Origin: an uncultured bacterium
Lineage (GTDB): Bacteria; Krumholzibacteriota; Krumholzibacteriia; LZORAL124-64-63
DNA: 64,000 nt
Direction of reading: 5' to 3'
NCBI GenBank assembly: GCA_937864225.1
Contig: CALMJK010000004.1
Span: forward strand, 137,949-201,948
Position 1 is the stretch's first letter. Each line of letters opens with the position of its first letter. The notes under the pieces were generated by a model, which saw only the letters and a list, made by a program, of their open reading frames with translations, made no database searches and had not been told where the DNA came from. The position numbers and the translations under genes were made by a program. Below are positions 51,360 through 60,138 of the stretch, in pieces.

Positions 51360-54047
51360 ATGCGCCAGGTGAGCCGTCGGATGCGCAGACCGCCGCTTGG
51401 GTTGCTGGCCGCCGCCGGCCTGCTGGCGCTTTTGCCGGCCGGCGTGGCGGACGCGGGCACCACGGGCAAACTCGCGGGGCGCGTGCTCGACGCGAAGCAG
51501 CAACCTCTCCAGGCCGTCACGGTTCTTCTGGCGGGCACGCGCCTGGGCACTTACTCGAACGCCGAGGGGCGCTACAACATCCTCAACGTTCCGGCGGGCA
51601 CCTATGACGTCTCCTTCAGCCGCCTCGGCTACGCGACGAAGCGCGTCCGGGGCGTGATCATGTCCGCCGATCAGACCACGACTCTCGACGCGTCCCTGGC
51701 CGAGACGGAACTGGTCGCCGAGGAAGTCGTCGTCACGGCGGAGCGGCCGCCCGTCGAGCTGGGCGTGACGAGCACCAAGCAGACGCTGACCGCGGAGCAG
51801 ATCGAGTCGCTGCCCGTCCAGAACCTGCAAGACGTCGTGAACCTGCAGGCCGGCGTCGTGGAAGGCCATTTCCGCGGCGGGCGTCTCGGCGAGGTGCAGT
51901 ACCAGGTCGACGGTGTCAGCGTGAACAACGCGTTCAGCAACACGTCGATGCTCAACCTGGACCGCTCGCTGCTGCAGGAGGTCCAGGTCATCAGCGGCAC
52001 CTTCGACGCCGAGTACGGACAGGCCATGAGCGGCGTCGTCAACGCCGTGCTCAAGCAGGGCACCGAGGACTTGCGCTGGAACGCCGAGATCTACGGCGGC
52101 GGATTCGTTTATCTGGGCGGCAACGACCGCTGGCTGGACGGCGACCCGCTGTCCGAGAGCGCGTATCGGCCCGTCGGGACCCAGAGCTATCAACTGACGG
52201 TCAGCGGACCGCTGCCGCTGCGCGACACGGTCTTCCTGGTCAGCGGGCGCCGCTTCGTGTTCGACGATTTCGTCTACGGCGAGCGCCGCTTCGTCCCGAC
52301 GGACTCTTCCTTCATCAGCCTGGGCGTCCTGCGGGGCACGGGCGACTGGGCGCGGGTGCCGCTCGGCTGGACGCGCGAGTGGTCGGGCGTGGCCAAACTG
52401 ACCAACAGCGGGCTCGCCGACCACAGGTTCAACTACCAGGCGACGTTCAGCCTGAACGAGGGCCGGAACACCGATTTCTCCTTCCGTTACAATCCGGACG
52501 GAGCGACGACCTACGAGAACGACACGGTCTCGCACGGCCCCGATTGGACCTGGACGCTGGGGCCTGCGACTTTCCTCAATTTGAGCCTGCGCCAGAACTA
52601 CGTCCACTACCGCGATTATGCGTTCGAGAGCGTCTGGGACGAGAAGTACGACGCGGCCGGTCCGCCCCAGGGCATCTCGAGCTTCGAACAGGGCGTGATC
52701 GTGGAAGGGGTCAGTTTCGGGCGCTACCTCCAGAAGACCAACGCCTTCGTGGCCAAAGGTTCGCTGACCAGCCAGGTGACGCCGGAGCACTTGATGAAGT
52801 TCGGCGGCGAGTTGGAACTGCCGGCCGTCACGTTCGGCACGCCCGGCTATCTGACCTACCGCACCGACCCGGAGACCGGCGAAGTCGTGCTGACGCGCCG
52901 GGTCGACGAGCCGCCGGACTATCCCGGCCCGCGCACGTATCACCCGATGATGGCCGCCGTTTTCGCGCAGGACCAGTACGAGAGCGAGAGCCTGACCGTG
53001 CGCGCCGGCCTGCGCTTCGACTTCATGGATTCGCGGGCCACCCTGCCGGGCGACTTGGCGAATCCGGCGAACGCGATCGAGGGGGTCGATCCGGTCGCCC
53101 CCATCGAGACCACGGCCAAGACGTCGCTTTCGCCGCGCCTGGGCGTGGCCTATCCCATCGAGGACAAGGCGGCCGTGCACTTCGCCTACGGGCATTTCCG
53201 GCAGTTCCCGCCCGTGGGCGAGATGTTCAACAACGCCGATTACAGCGTGCTCTACAACCTGCAAGCCGGCGTCATCCCCTCCGTTCTGGGCAATCCCGAC
53301 GTGAAGCCGGAGAAGACGGTCCAGTACGAGATCGGCTACAAGCACGCCCTGAGCGCGGATCTCGGCGCCGACCTGACGGTCTTCTACAAGGACGTTCGGG
53401 ATCTCCTGGGCGTGGAGTTCATCGACACGTACAACGACGCCGAGTACGCGCGCCTGACGAACATCGATTTCGGCGACGTGCTCGGCATCACCCTGGCGCT
53501 GGACCACCGGCGCCTCGGCCCGCTCAGCGTGGCGCTCGACTACACCTGGCAGCAGGCGATGGGCAACTCCAGCGACCCGCGCGAGACCCAGGTTCGCGCC
53601 TCCGCGGGCGAGGACCCGCGGCCCCGCCTGATCCCCTTCAACTGGGATCAGCGGCACACGTTCAACCTCACGGCCGCCGTCGACCGGCCGGGCGATTACC
53701 TCGTGAGCGCCATCCTGCGCGTGGCCAGCGGTCAGCCCTACACGCCGGCGCTCAACGTGACCACCGGCTTCGGCCTCAACCAGAACACCGGTCGCAAGCC
53801 GTCGGGGGTCTTGCTGGATCTGCGCGCGGAAAAGAAACTGGGCGGCTCGCCCGACCTCGCGATCTTCGCCCGCGTCTTCAACGTCCTCGACGCGGATTAC
53901 TTCAACGGCTTCGTGTTCGACAGCACCGGCAGTCCGGACTACACGCTCGACCCGGTGGGGCAGTACACGACGCTGCGCAACCCGGGCCGCTACTACCAGC
54001 CGCGCCGCCTCGAGATCGGGGCGCGCTTCGGACTGGGCGCGCCGTGA
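51360..54047 (+). CDS. TonB-dependent receptor with N-terminal carboxypeptidase-regulatory-like domain
   Basis: TTGKLAGRV..., plug QAGVV.GHFRGGR.GEV.YQVDG, GTFDAEYGQAMSGVVN, SPRLGVAY, PEKTVQYEIG and WDQRHT. Confidence 0.9.
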   Translation: MRQVSRRMRRPPLGLLAAAGLLALLPAGVADAGTTGKLAGRVLDAKQQPLQAVTVLLAGTRLGTYSNAEGRYNILNVPAGTYDVSFSRLGYATKRVRGVIMSADQTTTLDASLAETELVAEEVVVTAERPPVELGVTSTKQTLTAEQIESLPVQNLQDVVNLQAGVVEGHFRGGRLGEVQYQVDGVSVNNAFSNTSMLNLDRSLLQEVQVISGTFDAEYGQAMSGVVNAVLKQGTEDLRWNAEIYGGGFVYLGGNDRWLDGDPLSESAYRPVGTQSYQLTVSGPLPLRDTVFLVSGRRFVFDDFVYGERRFVPTDSSFISLGVLRGTGDWARVPLGWTREWSGVAKLTNSGLADHRFNYQATFSLNEGRNTDFSFRYNPDGATTYENDTVSHGPDWTWTLGPATFLNLSLRQNYVHYRDYAFESVWDEKYDAAGPPQGISSFEQGVIVEGVSFGRYLQKTNAFVAKGSLTSQVTPEHLMKFGGELELPAVTFGTPGYLTYRTDPETGEVVLTRRVDEPPDYPGPRTYHPMMAAVFAQDQYESESLTVRAGLRFDFMDSRATLPGDLANPANAIEGVDPVAPIETTAKTSLSPRLGVAYPIEDKAAVHFAYGHFRQFPPVGEMFNNADYSVLYNLQAGVIPSVLGNPDVKPEKTVQYEIGYKHALSADLGADLTVFYKDVRDLLGVEFIDTYNDAEYARLTNIDFGDVLGITLALDHRRLGPLSVALDYTWQQAMGNSSDPRETQVRASAGEDPRPRLIPFNWDQRHTFNLTAAVDRPGDYLVSAILRVASGQPYTPALNVTTGFGLNQNTGRKPSGVLLDLRAEKKLGGSPDLAIFARVFNVLDADYFNGFVFDSTGSPDYTLDPVGQYTTLRNPGRYYQPRRLEIGARFGLGAP

Positions 54048-54082
54048 GGCGCGCCACGGCCGGCAAGCGGGGAGAGAGGGGA

Positions 54083-57000
54083 ATGGTGCTGCGGAGATCC
54101 AGATGGATGTTGCCCGTTCTCACGGTGCTCGCGCTCGCCACGGTCGCGCCCGGCGGCGCGGCGGCCGGCGTGCCGACGCCCGTGCCTCCCGAGCAACGGG
54201 GTCGGATCGACGCCGAGCGCTCGGGGCTCCACGACGCCAACAACATGCGCACGATCTTCTGGAACTACGGCATGGTGGGCGACTACCCGCCCGATCCCGG
54301 CAACGTGGACCTGAGCGTTTTCCACTCCGTCGAGGTGCCCAAGGGCAGCGGCATGAACTACAGCGACGGCGTCACGCCGTTCGTCCTGACCCGCATCGTC
54401 CAACGCAACGGCATCCCGGCCTACATCATGGAGACCGGCTTTCGCGAGCGACAGGCGATCAGCGCGCAATACAACCGACAGATGCGCTTCGAGCCGCGCC
54501 CCGGCTATTTCCAGGCCGATCCAGACTTTAACCTGGCGCGGTCGCCCGCGGTCAGCAGCGACCGGCGCACCTGGCCGAACCTGTGGCCCGATCGCCTCGA
54601 CGACCCGGACGATCCGGGCTGGTCGGACAGTTGGAACGGCTACTTCGGCAAGCAGATCGTCGCGGACCAGGAGAGCTACATGGTCCTGGACGACCAATTG
54701 TACGACTCCTGGGATTTCCGGCCCGACAGCCGCGACTCCACGCGCCTGGGCCTGGGCCTGCGCGTCGAGGTGCGCGGTTTCCAGTGGGCCAATCCGCAGG
54801 CGCGCAACGTGATCTTCTGGCACTACGACATCACGAACGAAAGCACGACCGATTACGAGGACATCGTGTTCGGCCTGTACATGGACTCCGGCGTGGGCGG
54901 CTCGGCCCTCTCCTGCGACGGCATCTACGAGTCGGACGATGACAACGCCTATTTCGACCGCACGCTGAACGACCAGGTGATCAACCTGGTCTACACCTAT
55001 GACATGCACGGGCACGGCCGCGACCTGACCAGCGGCTGCGCGCGCACCGGCTACCTCGGCTACGCGTATCTGGAGACGCCGGGCAAGCCGAACGACGACG
55101 TGGACAACGACGAGGACGGCATCACGGACGAGCGGCGCGACGGCGGCCCCGGCACGCTGGTCGAGGGGCAGGAGGCGATCCTGGCGGCGGCGGCGACCCG
55201 CTACGACCTGGCGCGTTTCACCGCGGCCTACGGGCCCGTCGAGGAGACGCCGGCCTACCTGGTCGGCCGCTGGTGGACGGGGGACGAGGACATGGACTGG
55301 GTCGCCGACGTGCACGACGTCGGCGCCGACGGCCTGCTCGGTTCGGGAGACACGGGCGAGGGCGACGGCACGCCGACCCCGGGCGAGCCGAGCTTCGATC
55401 GCACCGACCTGAACGAATCGGATCAGATCGGCCTGACCGGCTTCAAACTGAGCCGGATCGTGCCGGGCGAAGGCAACGACGCGACGGAAGTCGACAACAT
55501 CTGGTTCTTCACGGACGAGTACAACTGGCCGCAGCGGCTGTACGAGCAGTTCACCGACCCCGACCCGACCGTGCGCTTCGGGGAGGACGTCGCCTCCAAC
55601 TACAACATCGCGTTCCTGTTCGCCTCCGGCCCCTTCGCGCTGCGCGCCGGCCAGACCGAGCGCTTCAGTCTGGCCCTGGCCTACGGCGCCGACCTGACGG
55701 AACTGGCGCGCACCGTCAAGACCGTGCAGACGATCTACAACGCGAACTACCGCTTCGCGGTCCCGCCCACCGAGCCCACCGTGACCGCGGAGGAGGGCGA
55801 CGGTTTCGTGCGCCTGAGTTGGAACGACGTGGCGGAGCACGCCATCGATCCGGTCACCGGGCAGGTCGATTTCGAGGGCTACCGCATCTACCGCTCCACC
55901 GATCCCGATTTCCGCGACCCTAAGGTGATCTTCACGGGCACCGGCTCCGAGCCGATCTACAACGGCCGGCCGATCGCGCAGTTCGACCTCATCGACGGGA
56001 TCAGCGGCTTCTCGGAGCAGGTCGTCGAGGGCGTCGCGTTCTACCTCGGCGCCGAAAGCGGCCTCGCCCACACTTGGACCGACTACAGCGTGACCAACGG
56101 CCAGGAGTACTTCTACGGCGTCTGCGCCTACGACTACGGCGCGGACCCTCCGCTGGACTTCCCGCCCTCGGAAAACGACCTCGCCATCAACCGCACGACG
56201 CGAGGCGGGATCGTGCTGCCGCCCAACATCGTGCAAGTCAGGCCGAACCCGCGGGCGGCCGGTTTCCGCCCGGCGTCCGCCGACAGCGCGCTGCACGTCG
56301 CCGGGCGCGGCTCCGGCAGCGTGGAGGTCGCGGTCGTGAACTCGGGCATCGTGCCCGCCGAGCACGAGTTCCGGATCACCTTCGCCGTGCCGCATCCCGA
56401 CAGCATCCGCGCCTCGACCTACGCCCTCACGGATCTCACGACCGGGGAATTGTTCTTCGACACGGGTCGCGACCTGATCGGGCAGGGCATCGGGCCGACC
56501 GGAGCCGGCCTGCTGCCGATCGTCGCCACGCCGCAGCTGCCGAGCGTCGACGCCCAGCGCACCGGCTTCCGCCCGGGAGGAGCCACCGACGGCGCGCCGC
56601 GCATCTACTTCACCGGTGTGGCGCCGAATCGCCGCGTGACCGGCTACCCCGACGACATCACGGTCGAGTTTTCGGACACGGTGCTCGACACATCGGTCGC
56701 GTACAGCTCGCGCTATCCGCTCGCGCTGCCCGCGAAGTTCCGCGTCGTCGCCCACGGAACGGCCGGCGACTTCCGACTCGACTTCCGTTTTCGCGATCCG
56801 GATCTCGACGGCACGCTGGGCGTGTACGGGGACGAGATCGACATCGTGACCTATCTCCCGGAATACCCAGGGATCCCCGTCTCCATCTGGCGGCTCGATT
56901 TCGCGAGCGCGGCCACCGCGGCCACCGTGCCGCCGACCGCAGGCGATTTCTTCGACCTCTACCTGACGCGTCCGTTCAGCGACGACGACATCTTCGCCTT

Positions 57001-57355
57001 CGCGACCCACGCCGAGGGCATCGACGCGGCGGCCGCGGGCGGGGCTTTCCAGCCGTACGTCGTGCCCAACCCCTACGTCGGCTCCGCCAGCTTCGAGCCC
57101 GAGCGCTACGCCGTCTCGGGCCGGGGCGAGCGGCGGATCGAATTCCGCGGCCTGCCGGCGCAGTGCACGATCCGCATCTACACTGTGCGTGGGGAACTGG
57201 TGCAACTGCTCCGGCACGACGGCACGTACGACGGTTATGAGCCCTGGGATCTGCGGACGCGGGACAATCTCGACGTGGCTCCGGGGCTCTACATTTTCCA
57301 CGTCGACGGGGGCGCGCTGGGCTCGCGCACCGGCAAGTTCGCCCTGATCAAGTGA
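54083..57355 (+). CDS. Large secreted hypothetical protein (1090 aa) with Asp-rich Ca-binding loops, FN3-like domain and distinct CTD
   Basis: SPI signal peptide with no lipobox; DxDxDG loops; VRLSWND...FEGYRIYRS; tail YVVPNPY...RRIEFRGLP..CTIRIYTVRGELV...WDL...APGLYIFHV...GKFALIK. Confidence 0.8.
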   Translation: MVLRRSRWMLPVLTVLALATVAPGGAAAGVPTPVPPEQRGRIDAERSGLHDANNMRTIFWNYGMVGDYPPDPGNVDLSVFHSVEVPKGSGMNYSDGVTPFVLTRIVQRNGIPAYIMETGFRERQAISAQYNRQMRFEPRPGYFQADPDFNLARSPAVSSDRRTWPNLWPDRLDDPDDPGWSDSWNGYFGKQIVADQESYMVLDDQLYDSWDFRPDSRDSTRLGLGLRVEVRGFQWANPQARNVIFWHYDITNESTTDYEDIVFGLYMDSGVGGSALSCDGIYESDDDNAYFDRTLNDQVINLVYTYDMHGHGRDLTSGCARTGYLGYAYLETPGKPNDDVDNDEDGITDERRDGGPGTLVEGQEAILAAAATRYDLARFTAAYGPVEETPAYLVGRWWTGDEDMDWVADVHDVGADGLLGSGDTGEGDGTPTPGEPSFDRTDLNESDQIGLTGFKLSRIVPGEGNDATEVDNIWFFTDEYNWPQRLYEQFTDPDPTVRFGEDVASNYNIAFLFASGPFALRAGQTERFSLALAYGADLTELARTVKTVQTIYNANYRFAVPPTEPTVTAEEGDGFVRLSWNDVAEHAIDPVTGQVDFEGYRIYRSTDPDFRDPKVIFTGTGSEPIYNGRPIAQFDLIDGISGFSEQVVEGVAFYLGAESGLAHTWTDYSVTNGQEYFYGVCAYDYGADPPLDFPPSENDLAINRTTRGGIVLPPNIVQVRPNPRAAGFRPASADSALHVAGRGSGSVEVAVVNSGIVPAEHEFRITFAVPHPDSIRASTYALTDLTTGELFFDTGRDLIGQGIGPTGAGLLPIVATPQLPSVDAQRTGFRPGGATDGAPRIYFTGVAPNRRVTGYPDDITVEFSDTVLDTSVAYSSRYPLALPAKFRVVAHGTAGDFRLDFRFRDPDLDGTLGVYGDEIDIVTYLPEYPGIPVSIWRLDFASAATAATVPPTAGDFFDLYLTRPFSDDDIFAFATHAEGIDAAAAGGAFQPYVVPNPYVGSASFEPERYAVSGRGERRIEFRGLPAQCTIRIYTVRGELVQLLRHDGTYDGYEPWDLRTRDNLDVAPGLYIFHVDGGALGSRTGKFALIK

Positions 57356-57369
57356 GCGTGGGGAGCGGC

Positions 57370-58374
57370 ATGCGAAGAGTGACGGCGGCAGTCCTGGCGA
57401 GCGTGCTCCTGGCGGGCGGCGGGGCCTGTGCGCAGACGAAGACCGGCACGACGATCGGCCAGTTCCTCGCGATCGAGCCCAGCGCCCGTCACGCGGGCAT
57501 GGGCAACGCGGGCGTGGGAGCCATCGGCGGCATCGAATCGGTCTGGTTCAATCCCGGGATCGTCGGCACGCTCGACGGGGCCGCGGTGACCTTCACGCAC
57601 ATCGACTGGTTCGCGGACGTCAACTTCGACTATGCCGCGGCGGCGCTCGCGATCGGCGGCTTCGGCAACCTCTGCCTGGCCGTGACGGCGCTCAATTCGG
57701 GCGACATCGACGTGCGGACCGTGGACGAGCCGCTGGGCACCGGAGAGCGGTACGACGTGGCCAACACGGCGCTGAGCCTGGGCTACGGGCGGCTGATCAC
57801 GAGCCGTTTCGCGGCGGGCCTGCAACTGAACTACGTGCACGAACGGATCTGGCACAGCAGCTACGGCACGATGACGGCGAGCGCGGGCACGGTGTACCGG
57901 CTCAACGAGTCCGGGATGCGCCTGGGCTTCAGCCTCTCCAACCTCGGCACGCGGGCCGGCTTCAGCGGAAGGGATCTGGCGATCCAGTACGACGCCGACT
58001 CGGACGAGTACGGCGACAACAGCGCGCTGCCGGCGGAACAGCTCACCGACGAGTTCCCGGTGCCCCTGGTGTTCCGACTGGGTCTGAGCGTGCCCTACCG
58101 CTTCAGCGACGACAGCGAGCTCTTGCTCCTCGCCGACGCGTTGCATCCCAACGACAACGACGAAGCGCTCAATCTGGGCGCCGAGTGGACGGTGCAGAGA
58201 ATCTTCGCGCTGCGCGCGGGGTACCAGTCGCTCTTCCAGCCCGACTCTGAGCTGGGTCTCACGCTCGGTTTTGGCCTCAGGTTGAACCGCGATCGCCTGC
58301 GGTTCAGCTACGGCTGGGCCGACCATGACCTGCTGGGAGCGACCCATCGCATGACCCTGGCCGTCGGTCTGTAA
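57370..58374 (+). CDS. PorV/PorQ-family outer-membrane beta-barrel
   Basis: FLAIEPSARHAGMG.A.VG, WFNP, alternating barrel strands and C-terminal HRMTLAVGL. Confidence 0.8.
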   Translation: MRRVTAAVLASVLLAGGGACAQTKTGTTIGQFLAIEPSARHAGMGNAGVGAIGGIESVWFNPGIVGTLDGAAVTFTHIDWFADVNFDYAAAALAIGGFGNLCLAVTALNSGDIDVRTVDEPLGTGERYDVANTALSLGYGRLITSRFAAGLQLNYVHERIWHSSYGTMTASAGTVYRLNESGMRLGFSLSNLGTRAGFSGRDLAIQYDADSDEYGDNSALPAEQLTDEFPVPLVFRLGLSVPYRFSDDSELLLLADALHPNDNDEALNLGAEWTVQRIFALRAGYQSLFQPDSELGLTLGFGLRLNRDRLRFSYGWADHDLLGATHRMTLAVGL

Positions 58375-58398
58375 CCGCCGGCCGGGAAGGAGAGCACC

Positions 58399-60006
58399 AT
58401 GAGCATCAACCAGCGCGCGGTCCGGGTCATTGTCGTGGTTTTGGCCACCCTCGCGGCGACGGCGGCCGCGGCTCCCGCCCGCGCCACGACCCTCACCACT
58501 CCGGCGCTGCTCGACACCCTGCAGCGCGCGGCCTTCGATTTCTTCTGGAACGAGGCCAATCCCGCCAACGGGCTGATCAAAGACCGCTCCGCCTCGTGGT
58601 CGCCGTGCAGCATCGCCTCCACCGGATTCGGTCTCACGGCCATCTGCATCGGTATCGACCACGGCTGGATCTCGCGCGAGGAGGGGAGGGCCCGCGTGCT
58701 CACGACGCTCGGCACCTTCTGGAACGGTTCTCAGGGCGCGGCCGCGTCCGGCGTCATCGGCTACCAGGGTTTCTTCTACCACTTCCTCGACATGACCACG
58801 GCCACCCGCACCTGGGACTGCGAGTTGTCGAGCGTGGACACGGCCTGGCTTCTGACCGGTATGCTGGACTGCCGGGAGTACTTCGACACCGACGAGCCGC
58901 TGGATGTCGAGGTCCGCGCGCTGGTCGACAACATCTACAACCGCGTCAACTGGGAATTCATGCGCGATGGCGGCATCGCCCTCAAGATGGGCTGGCTGCC
59001 GGGAACCGGGTTCGCCAACTTCGGCTACTGGATCGGCTACAACGAGGCCATGGCGCTCTACATTCTGGCGCTGGGCTCCCCGACCTACCCCATCCCGACG
59101 ACCTGCTGGAACGTCTGGGTGAGCGGCTACCAGTGGGCGAGCTACTACGGTCAGGAGTATGTGATCTTCCCCCCGCTCTTCGGCCACCAGTACTCCCACT
59201 GCTGGATCGATTTCCGCTACCTGCAGGACTCCTACATGCGTTACCGGGGGATCACCTACCACGAGAACTCGCGGCGCGCGACGTACGCTGCCCAGGCCTA
59301 CTGTGTCGCCAACCCCGGGGGCTTCCTGGGCTACGGACCAGACTGGGGCCTGACCGCCTCGGACGATCCGGTCGTGGGCTACCAGGCGCACGGCGCGCCG
59401 CCCCCCATGAACGACAACGGCACGATCACCCCGACCGCGGCGGCGGCCTCGATCGCTTTCGCGCCGGAGATCGTCGTGCCGACCCTGCACCACTGGTTCG
59501 ATGACTACCGCGGTTGGCTCTGGGGACCGTACGGCTTCAAGGACGCCTTCAATCTCTCGCGCGGCTGGTGGTCGCCGGACGTGATCGGGATCGATCAGGG
59601 CCCGATCATCCTCATGATCGAGAACTATCTCAACCGCGCCGTGTGGGCCCGCTTCATGCGCAACGCCGCGATCCAAACCGGTCTGGCCAGAGCCGGTTTC
59701 ACGCGGACGGTCGGCGTGGCCGCGGGTCCCGGCGAGCAGCCGCCGCGGATCGGGCTGGCGCAGAATTCCCCGAACCCCTTCCGCGGCAGGGCCAAGGTGG
59801 CGCTGGAATTGACGGCCGACGGGCCGGCGCGCCTGGGGCTGTACGACCTGCGGGGGCGCCGCGTGCGCAAGTTTGTCGATTCCCATCTTGTTGCGGGGAA
59901 ACATGTTATCGAGATAGATGGACAGGGGTTGCCAAGTGGGATATACTTCCTCCGCTTGGAAGCCTGTGGCCAAAAAACAGGGAGGCGCTGCGCTATCCTG
60001 GACTGA
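58399..60006 (+). CDS. Secreted GH144-like beta-1,2-glucanase with CTD
   Basis: SPI signal; LQRAAFDFFW, SIASTGFGL, GFFYHF, ELSSVDTAWL, GYNEA, PPLFGHQYS and IGIDQG; tail QNSPNPF...GLYDLRGRRV...SGIYFLRL. Confidence 0.8.
   Translation: MSINQRAVRVIVVVLATLAATAAAAPARATTLTTPALLDTLQRAAFDFFWNEANPANGLIKDRSASWSPCSIASTGFGLTAICIGIDHGWISREEGRARVLTTLGTFWNGSQGAAASGVIGYQGFFYHFLDMTTATRTWDCELSSVDTAWLLTGMLDCREYFDTDEPLDVEVRALVDNIYNRVNWEFMRDGGIALKMGWLPGTGFANFGYWIGYNEAMALYILALGSPTYPIPTTCWNVWVSGYQWASYYGQEYVIFPPLFGHQYSHCWIDFRYLQDSYMRYRGITYHENSRRATYAAQAYCVANPGGFLGYGPDWGLTASDDPVVGYQAHGAPPPMNDNGTITPTAAAASIAFAPEIVVPTLHHWFDDYRGWLWGPYGFKDAFNLSRGWWSPDVIGIDQGPIILMIENYLNRAVWARFMRNAAIQTGLARAGFTRTVGVAAGPGEQPPRIGLAQNSPNPFRGRAKVALELTADGPARLGLYDLRGRRVRKFVDSHLVAGKHVIEIDGQGLPSGIYFLRLEACGQKTGRRCAILD
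59919..59947 (+). promoter_or_regulatory. sigma70 promoter embedded in the 3' end of the GH144-CTD gene
   Basis: TGGACA-N17-TATACT, coinciding with a sharp local drop in GC3. Confidence 0.7.
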
Positions 60007-60138
60007 GCAGCGGCTCAGGGGGTTTTTGCCGAACGAAAGGGGGGTGCTTTTCGTTAGGTTGTGTTCGTGAAGCATGAACGCTTGAGCATTCACTACGAAG
60101 CATCGCGTGGGAGCGACGAGACAAAAGGAGCGACAACC

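Noticed and set aside
59872-60006. Diversity-generating retroelement variable region at the low-GC 3' end
   Set aside because: There is no template repeat or reverse transcriptase in the window, and an embedded promoter explains the composition better.
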